NCBI GenBank assembly: GCA_913009635.1
Contig: CAJVXI010000001.1
Span: 2,915 to 66,914, forward strand
Direction of reading: 5' to 3'
Origin: an uncultured bacterium
GTDB taxonomy: Bacteria > Patescibacteriota > Minisyncoccia > UBA6257 > UBA9933
Length of the DNA: 64,000 nt
The translations under genes were made by a program, and so were the position numbers. Each line of letters starts with the position of its first letter. Within the stretch, counting starts at the first letter, position 1. This document shows positions 57,652-64,000 of this stretch, one piece after another. The notes below the pieces were generated by a model. The model made no database searches. It was not told the DNA's origin and saw nothing but the letters and a program-made list of their open reading frames with translations.

Positions 57652-58197
57652 ATGAGTAAAATAGGTAAAAAACCAATAGAGATTCTAGAAGGAATTGAAG
57701 TCAAAATTAATGGCGGCGAATTAGAATTGAAAGGAAAAAAAGGAGAAATGTCAGTAAAAATTCTTCCGTATGTTAAAATAGAAATTAAAGACAACCAAAT
57801 CCTTTTTGATATTCAAGTCAATTCTAAACAAGCGCGGGCTAATTGGGGGACAATACGGTCATTAGTTCAAAACGCTGTTTTGGGATTAAATGAAGGGTTT
57901 ACAAAGATTTTAGAAATTAATGGTGTTGGCTATCGTGCGGAAATGCAAGGAGATGACTTAATTCTTAATATTGGCTTAAGCCACTCCGTAAAAGTAAGCT
58001 CACCTGAAAATATTAAAATTTCCGTTGAAAAAAACATTATCAAGGTTTTTGGGGTTGATAAAAGTATAGTAGGAGAAATAGCGGCTAAAATTAGAGCTTG
58101 CAAGAAACCAGAGCCGTATAAAGGAAAAGGAATTAGGTATCAAGGAGAAGTGGTGCAAAGAAAGGCAGGGAAGAAGGTAGCTGGAACCGCAACATAG
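57652..58197 (+). CDS. rplF: 50S ribosomal protein L6
   Basis: MSKIGKKPI, GVGYRA, PEPYKGKGIRY. Confidence 0.97.
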   Translation: MSKIGKKPIEILEGIEVKINGGELELKGKKGEMSVKILPYVKIEIKDNQILFDIQVNSKQARANWGTIRSLVQNAVLGLNEGFTKILEINGVGYRAEMQGDDLILNIGLSHSVKVSSPENIKISVEKNIIKVFGVDKSIVGEIAAKIRACKKPEPYKGKGIRYQGEVVQRKAGKKVAGTAT

Positions 58198-58399
58198 CGT
58201 AATGCCAATATACAAATGCGTACTAATGATACGAATAAATAAATACTAATATATGATGCCAATATACTAATGGATACTAATGATACGAATAAATACTAAT
58301 TCGTATATATTAGTATAATTAGCATGAATTCGTATATTAGCATTTCACATAAGTATAATTAGCATGAATTAGTATATTAGTATTTCATTAAGCGAAGCG
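58197..58399. repeat. Hairpin element family A, long form
   Basis: Fills the rplF-rplR junction exactly. Confidence 0.9.
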
Positions 58400-58723
58400 A
58401 TGAATTCAAGAAAAACATTAAATAAAATAATACAGAGAAGAAAGATGAGGACTCGAAGTAAAATACACGGTACTGCTAGTAGGCCGCGATTTTCGATTTT
58501 TAGAAGCAACCAAACTGTTTATGTTCAATTAATTGATGACAAAGAAGGTAAAACTTTAGTCAGCGCGTCAACAAAAGAGTCAAAGAATTTAGGAGAATTA
58601 ATTGGTAAAAAGGCGTTTGAAAAAGGTATTAAAAAAGTGGTTTTTGATAGAGGTTCATACAAGTTTCATGGTCGAATAAAAAAAATAGCCGAAGAAGCGC
58701 GAAAAGCAGGACTACAAATATAA
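58400..58723 (+). CDS. rplR: 50S ribosomal protein L18
   Basis: RPR.SIFRSN, QLIDD, FDRG.YKFHGR. Confidence 0.96.
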   Translation: MNSRKTLNKIIQRRKMRTRSKIHGTASRPRFSIFRSNQTVYVQLIDDKEGKTLVSASTKESKNLGELIGKKAFEKGIKKVVFDRGSYKFHGRIKKIAEEARKAGLQI

Positions 58724-58779
58724 TTTTTTGAATTTAAAATAATTCGAGGTGTTTTTGAGATAATTTAAGAAATAAATTT

Positions 58780-59229
58780 ATGAGAGAATTAAAACCTAAA
58801 AGTGAATTTAAGGATAAGGTATTAGATTTGCGTCGAGTGACGCGTGTTGTTGCTGGCGGTAAGCGTTTTCGTTTTAGAGCAACAGTGATAATTGGAAATG
58901 AAAAAGGTAAGGTTGGAGTAGGTGTTGCTAAGGGGCTAGATGTAGCTCAAGCAGTTAATAAAGCTAAAACTAATGCTAAGAAAAAAATAATTATTATTAA
59001 TCTTAAAAATAAAACTATTGCGCATGAGGTTGAAGCAAAGTATAGCGCTGCTAAAGTAATGATTAAGCCGGCTAAAATTGGACACGGTCTTAAGGCAGGA
59101 GGCGCTGCAAGAGTAGTATTGCTTTTAGCCGGCGTTAGAGACGCTACTGCAAAGTGTTTAGGAGGAACTAAAAATAAATTAACTAATGCTTTGGCGACGA
59201 TAGAAGCGTTGAAAAAATTAAAAAATTAA
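58780..59229 (+). CDS. rpsE: 30S ribosomal protein S5
   Basis: RVTRVVAGGKRFRF, G.GLKAGG..R. Confidence 0.96.
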   Translation: MRELKPKSEFKDKVLDLRRVTRVVAGGKRFRFRATVIIGNEKGKVGVGVAKGLDVAQAVNKAKTNAKKKIIIINLKNKTIAHEVEAKYSAAKVMIKPAKIGHGLKAGGAARVVLLLAGVRDATAKCLGGTKNKLTNALATIEALKKLKN

Positions 59230-59339
59230 AAATCAAAAATCAAAATAACAAATCAAAATTTCAAAATGGTTTAAATTAAAAATTTTAACATTTTACACTG
59301 TCATTTTATATTTTGATATTTACATTTTACATTTTTAAC
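59222..59339. repeat. Hairpin element family C (occupies the usual rpmD position)
   Basis: Near-identical to 54637-54746. Confidence 0.88.
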
Positions 59340-59753
59340 ATGCAATTACATCAATTAAAACCAAAAACTAAATCAAAAAATAAAAAACGCATAGGTAGAG
59401 GCGGAAAGCGCGGTACTTATTCTGGTCGTGGGATAAAAGGTCAGAAGTCCAGGGCCGGTCACAAAATTAGGCCAGCTGAGCGAGATTTGATTCAGCGTTT
59501 GCCGAAACTGAGGGGCATTAAGAATAAACCGCTTAAATCAAAGCCTGTAGTGGTTAATTTTAGCGATTTGGAAAAGAAAATTAAAGGTAATATAATTAAC
59601 AGAGACGTTTTATTAAAAGCTGGATTAATCAGAAAGTCAGATAAGCGAGTAAAAATTCTTGGTCCAAAGAGCGGAAAGATAAAACGGACTTTTCAGATAG
59701 AGGGGCTAGAGGTGTCAAAAAAACTCAAACATGAACAATCTAATTTTTCTTAA
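59340..59753 (+). CDS. rplO: 50S ribosomal protein L15
   Basis: MQLHQL, RIGRGGKRGTYSGRGIKGQKSRAG, RLPK.RG. Confidence 0.94.
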   Translation: MQLHQLKPKTKSKNKKRIGRGGKRGTYSGRGIKGQKSRAGHKIRPAERDLIQRLPKLRGIKNKPLKSKPVVVNFSDLEKKIKGNIINRDVLLKAGLIRKSDKRVKILGPKSGKIKRTFQIEGLEVSKKLKHEQSNFS

Positions 59754-59952
59754 AAATTTTGCTACTTACTCTGAAGCAGAACTTGCAAAAAACCTTTTAG
59801 AAAACAATGATATTAAATCAATGCTTCAAAAGGGGGATATTGCAGTTGCGGGAGAATTTAGTGGATATGCTGGTGACGCGAATTTATTTGTTTTAGAAAA
59901 AGATCACAATAAAGCAAAAGAAATTTTAGGAATTAAAGATAATAGGGATTAA
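59731..59952 (+). CDS. Small protein, DUF2007-like
   Basis: EAELAKNLLENNDI...LFVLEKD..KAKEIL pattern. Confidence 0.6.
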   Translation: MNNLIFLKNFATYSEAELAKNLLENNDIKSMLQKGDIAVAGEFSGYAGDANLFVLEKDHNKAKEILGIKDNRD

Positions 59953-59953
59953 C

Positions 59954-61222
59954 ATGAACAAAATCCTCCAAATATTTAAAATCAAAGACCTTCGCAATAA
60001 AATTTTAATTGTTGCTTTTTTATTGCTGTGTTTTCGAGCATTATCTGTTGTTCCTATTCCTGGAGTTGATGTTTCCAAATTGCAGGAATTTTTTTCTTCT
60101 AACCAGCTTTTAGGTTTTCTTAATATTTTTTCTGGAGGCGCTTTGGCGAATTTGTCAATTGTTATGTTGGGAGTTGCTCCTTATATTACAGCTACTATTA
60201 TAATGCAGCTTTTAACAATGATTTTCCCAAAATTGAAGGCAATATATTATGAAGAAGGAGCTGCTGGTCGTGCAAAGTTTAATCGTTTATCTCGTTATTT
60301 AACAGTACCTTTGGCTGGACTTCAATCTTACGGATTTTTAAACTTATTAATTTCTCAAAACGTAATTTCACAATTAGGGATTTTTGACACCATAAGAAAT
60401 GTATTGATTATTTCAGCTGGTTCAATGATTTTAGTTTGGATAGGAGAATTAATTAGCGAACAAAAAATTGGTAATGGTATTTCTTTGATTATTTTTGCCG
60501 GTATTATTAGTGGACTTCCTAATATTATAAGAGGAGCAATTATTTCTTACAACCCGACTGTTTTATCCACTTATTTTACTTTTTTAGTAGTAGCTATTTT
60601 AGTTATTGCCGGCGTGGTTTTTATCAACGAAGGAGAAAGAAAGATACCTATTGCTTATGCCAAGCGCGTAAGAGGTATGAAAATGTACGGTGGTGTTTCC
60701 AGCTATTTGCCGCTTAAAGTTAACCAAGCTGGCGTTATCCCGATTATTTTCGCGATTTCAATCTTACTTTTTCCGCAGTTTGCAGCTCAAATTAGCACAA
60801 TAATTTCACAGGATTTTGCTTTAAAATTTAATGAATTAGTTAATCGTCTTTTTAATAATCAGTATTTTTATACTGCTGTTTATTTTGCTCTAGTAATGGT
60901 TTTTACTTATTTTTATACAGCAGTTACGTTTGATCCTAAAGAAATTTCTAAAAATCTTCAACGCGCAGGCGGATTTATTGCCGGCATTAGACCAGGTGAG
61001 TCAACTTCAATATTTTTAGGAAAAATTATTAGCAGAATAACATTATTTGGCGCTATTTTCTTGGGCTTGATAGCTATTTTACCAAACTTAACCAGGATGG
61101 TTACTGGAGTTACCATGCTTACAATTGGTGGAACAGCTCTTTTGATTGTGGTTTCGGTTGTTTTGGATTCAATGAAACAGATAAATTCGCAGTTGGTGAT
61201 GAGAGAATATGAGGAAATATGA
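59954..61222 (+). CDS. secY: Preprotein translocase subunit SecY
   Basis: LGVAPYITATII, GNGISLIIFAGI, GVIPIIFA, IGGTALLIVV. Confidence 0.98.
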   Translation: MNKILQIFKIKDLRNKILIVAFLLLCFRALSVVPIPGVDVSKLQEFFSSNQLLGFLNIFSGGALANLSIVMLGVAPYITATIIMQLLTMIFPKLKAIYYEEGAAGRAKFNRLSRYLTVPLAGLQSYGFLNLLISQNVISQLGIFDTIRNVLIISAGSMILVWIGELISEQKIGNGISLIIFAGIISGLPNIIRGAIISYNPTVLSTYFTFLVVAILVIAGVVFINEGERKIPIAYAKRVRGMKMYGGVSSYLPLKVNQAGVIPIIFAISILLFPQFAAQISTIISQDFALKFNELVNRLFNNQYFYTAVYFALVMVFTYFYTAVTFDPKEISKNLQRAGGFIAGIRPGESTSIFLGKIISRITLFGAIFLGLIAILPNLTRMVTGVTMLTIGGTALLIVVSVVLDSMKQINSQLVMREYEEI

Positions 61223-61227
61223 TAAAA

Positions 61228-61330
61228 AATTTCTAATTTCTAATTTCTAATTTCTAATCAATTTTTAATGTTCTAATGTTTAAAAATTAAAGAATTATAA
61301 ATTTATTAAAAATTAATAATTAAAAATTCT
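61228..61330. repeat. Empty heptad hairpin element related to the four-helix-bundle flanks
   Basis: (tttctaa)x4...aattaaagaattataaatttattaaaaatt; half copy at 7006-7041. Confidence 0.75.
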
Positions 61331-62023
61331 ATGATCGCCATTATATTATACGGTTCGCCGGGTTCTGGAAAAGGAACTCAAGCCAAGCTAATAGCTGATA
61401 AATTAGGTTTGGTGCATTTTGATACTGGCCAATATCTTCGCGAGCTGCTTTATAATCCTAAATTTCAGAAAAATAAAATTATTCAAAGAGAGCTGAAGCT
61501 TAATAAGGCAGGTAAACTTAATACTCCCTCCTGGGTTTTAAAGATAATTAGTCAAAGAGTTAAAAAAATAGCTAGCTTAGATCAAGGAGTCGTTTTTAGT
61601 GGTTCGCCACGAACTATTTTTGAAACTTTTGGTACAGGTAAAAAACAAATAGGTTTAATGAAATTATTAGAAAAACTTTATACTAAAAAGAATATTTTTA
61701 TTTTTACGCTAAATATTTCTGCTAAAGAATCAATTAATAGAAATACTTCACGATTATCTTGCTTAGTTTGTCATACTCCTATAATGGGCACAAAAGTATC
61801 AAGTATGAAGTATAAAGTATTAAGTTGTCCGTTTTGCGGCGGAAAAATAAAACGAAGAAAAGATGATAGAAAAGAAATTATTTTAATAAGATTAAAAGAA
61901 TATCAAGAAAGAACTAAACCGATTTTTAAAAAACTTAAAGAAAAAGGATACCAAATTAAGCAACTTGACGGCACTTCGCTACCGTACAAAATTCATCAGA
62001 AAATTATTAAGTTATTGGATTAG
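61331..62023 (+). CDS. adk: Adenylate kinase family protein
   Basis: GSPGSGKGTQA, GSPRT, zinc lid CxxC..CxxC, R.DD; position after secY. Confidence 0.85.
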   Translation: MIAIILYGSPGSGKGTQAKLIADKLGLVHFDTGQYLRELLYNPKFQKNKIIQRELKLNKAGKLNTPSWVLKIISQRVKKIASLDQGVVFSGSPRTIFETFGTGKKQIGLMKLLEKLYTKKNIFIFTLNISAKESINRNTSRLSCLVCHTPIMGTKVSSMKYKVLSCPFCGGKIKRRKDDRKEIILIRLKEYQERTKPIFKKLKEKGYQIKQLDGTSLPYKIHQKIIKLLD

Positions 62024-62812
62024 ATGACCGTAAAATTAAAGAATCAAGAAGAAATTGAGATGATTGCTGCTTCTGGCAGGATTTTGGCTAAGGTTTTTAA
62101 AAAAGTTCTAAAAGAAGTTAGAGTCGGAACAAGCTTAGAGTATTTAGATAAATTGGCGCGGCAGTTAATTATAGAATATGGCGGTAAACCGGCATTTTTA
62201 GGTTATCAGCCAGATGGAGCGAGCTGTCCTTATCCTGCAACGATTTGCGCTTCAGTTAATAGTACGGTTGTTCATGGTCTTCCATTGAATTATCAATTGA
62301 AATCCGGAGATGTTTTTAAGCTTGATTTCGGAGTAATTTACCCTTCAATAATCTCAGGGCAAGTTAAAAATTTTTATTCTGACGCCGCTAAGACAATAGC
62401 AGTTGGAAAAATTTCTAAAACAGCAAAAAAATTAATTAAAGTTACCAAAAAAGCTCTTGAACAAGCAATAAAACAAGCAAAACCTGGTAATCATATTGGT
62501 GATATTGGTTATATAATCAACAAATGCGTTGAGAAAACTGGCTTTAAGGTAATTTATGGATTAACAGGGCATGGCACTGGTTTTAATCTTCACGAAGAGC
62601 CAACTGTTTATAATTTTGGTAAAAAGGGCGATGGAATAGAATTAAAGCCCGGAATGGTTTTAGCGATTGAACCAATGGTAAGTGTTGGTAACGGCCGAAT
62701 AGTTAAAAAACCAGACAATAGCTATGTTACTGCTGACGACACTTTATCAGCTCATTTTGAACATACAGTTGCCATTACTGAAAAAGGACCAAAAATTTTA
62801 ACAAAATTGTAG
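62024..62812 (+). CDS. map: Methionine aminopeptidase type I
   Basis: SVNSTVVHG.P, D.G, GHGTG..LHEEP, AIEPM, SAHFEHT. Confidence 0.96.
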   Translation: MTVKLKNQEEIEMIAASGRILAKVFKKVLKEVRVGTSLEYLDKLARQLIIEYGGKPAFLGYQPDGASCPYPATICASVNSTVVHGLPLNYQLKSGDVFKLDFGVIYPSIISGQVKNFYSDAAKTIAVGKISKTAKKLIKVTKKALEQAIKQAKPGNHIGDIGYIINKCVEKTGFKVIYGLTGHGTGFNLHEEPTVYNFGKKGDGIELKPGMVLAIEPMVSVGNGRIVKKPDNSYVTADDTLSAHFEHTVAITEKGPKILTKL

Positions 62813-62843
62813 TGTTGTAATATTCTAATGTTATAATGTTTGT

Positions 62844-63605
62844 ATGAAAAACCCATACCTTTCGGTTATAATTCCTGCTTATAACGAGGCAAAAAATTTA
62901 CCTTTTACTTTAATTGATGTTAATAAGCATCTTTTAGAAATGAAGTTTCTTTCAGTAAATTCAGGACAAGCTTACGAAATTATTGTTATTAATGATGGAT
63001 CAAAAGATGCTACTGTTGAAATTGTCAGACGTTTTTCTTATTTAATAAAAAATTTGCGATTAATTGACAATAAAAAAAATCACGGTAAGGGATGGGTAGT
63101 GCGGCAGGGCATGCTTGAGGCAAAAGGCGACATCCGTTTATTTATGGATGCTGATAATGCTACTTCAGTTGATCAGTTTAATAAGATGATTCCACATTTA
63201 AAGGAAGGATATCAAGTAGTTATTGGCTCAAGAGATATTGAGGGAGCGAAATTAATTCCACCACAGCCATTTTATAGAAGATTTTTAGGCAATATTGGCA
63301 ATGCGATTATTCAAGTTTTACTTTTGCCTGGATTTTGGGATACCCAGTGTGGTTTTAAAGCATTTACCAAAGAAGCAGCAGAAAAGATTTTTTCTTTGAC
63401 TAAGATTGATAAATGGGGCTTTGATCCCGAGGTCTTGGCATTAGCAAAAATATTTGGGTATAAGATTAAGGAAATCCCGGTTGTTTGGGTTAATAACCCT
63501 GTTTCTCGAGTAAAAATCACTTCTTATATTCAAATGTTATTGGAAGTTTTTAAAATAAAATGGTGGATTATAACAAAAAAATATAAAACAAGGGCTAATA
63601 ATTAG
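62844..63605 (+). CDS. Glycosyltransferase family 2 (dolichyl-phosphate glucosyltransferase-like)
   Basis: IIPAYNEA, NDGSKD, GKG, FMDAD, DTQCGFK. Confidence 0.9.
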   Translation: MKNPYLSVIIPAYNEAKNLPFTLIDVNKHLLEMKFLSVNSGQAYEIIVINDGSKDATVEIVRRFSYLIKNLRLIDNKKNHGKGWVVRQGMLEAKGDIRLFMDADNATSVDQFNKMIPHLKEGYQVVIGSRDIEGAKLIPPQPFYRRFLGNIGNAIIQVLLLPGFWDTQCGFKAFTKEAAEKIFSLTKIDKWGFDPEVLALAKIFGYKIKEIPVVWVNNPVSRVKITSYIQMLLEVFKIKWWIITKKYKTRANN

Positions 63606-63665
63606 TAAATAGTAAACAGGGTTATATCCCTAGTTCCTAGTTACTGATTCTTATTTACTTAATTC
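63597..63665. repeat. Heptad hairpin element (TAGTAAA/TTACT), related to mnmA insert 33053-33132
   Basis: attagtaaatagtaaacaggg...ccctagttcctagttactgattcttatttactt. Confidence 0.65.
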
Positions 63666-64000
63666 ATGAAACATTACCTTACTATCGAACGTCTCAAAGA
63701 ATTAAAAATTGAATTGGAGCGTTTGAAAAAAGATGCGCGTTTGGAAATTGCCGAAAGATTAAAGCATGCTAAAGAACTTGGCGATCTTTCGGAAAATTCG
63801 GAATATTCAGATGCTAAAGACACTCAAGCAAAGGTTGAAAGCCGGATCTTTGAATTGGAGGACATATTAAGAAATACCTCTATAATCAAGAAGAAAGTAG
63901 GTCAGGAAATTGTTCATATCGGCTCAACGATTGAGATTAAAAGAGACGGTAAACGTTTTACTTATACGATTGTCGGTTCTCAAGAAGCCAGGCCGGAAGC
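63666..64000 (+). CDS. greA: Transcription elongation factor GreA (3'-partial)
   Basis: Manual translation MKHYLTIERLKELKIELERLK...EIAERLKHAKELGDLSENSEY. Confidence 0.93.
   Translation, partial: MKHYLTIERLKELKIELERLKKDARLEIAERLKHAKELGDLSENSEYSDAKDTQAKVESRIFELEDILRNTSIIKKKVGQEIVHIGSTIEIKRDGKRFTYTIVGSQEARPE

Noticed and set aside
1-64000. tRNA/rRNA genes, transposases, and alternative genetic code 25
   Set aside because: No cloverleaf, rRNA or transposase signature recognised; conserved genes read full length in code 11, with TGA used as stop

Overview
Low-GC chromosomal segment, almost entirely + strand, of a small-genome bacterium. Features consistent with Patescibacteria/CPR (Parcubacteria-like, genetic code 11): no rpmD (L30) in the spc block, short AspRS, Shine-Dalgarno motifs rarely evident, a type IV pilus cluster, paired VirD4/TraG-like ATPases and a split comEC. 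Gene content is mostly housekeeping: pilus genes, pth, lepB, hisS, rpsU, ybeY, ftsAZ, class II RNR, secDF, efp, mnmA, ddl, aspS, ndk, the str/S10/spc clusters, secY-adk-map and a partial greA. No rRNA, tRNA, CRISPR array, transposase or reverse transcriptase was recognised. The striking feature is non-coding. Dozens of short hairpin elements, built from 7-9 nt tandem units and falling into several sequence families, fill gene junctions from stop codon to start codon and sometimes supply those codons. They also sit in frame inside conserved proteins (MnmA five times; also YbeY, SecF, Pth, Adk, Ddl, Map, ComEC, pilins). One such element brackets a four-helix-bundle (23S rRNA IVS-like) gene, which looks like the cargo-carrying form. 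Two promoter/terminator-bounded ncRNA candidates (one 6S-like) and an unannotated 50-aa membrane ORF were also found. All calls are by eye; repeat boundaries are approximate to a few nt.
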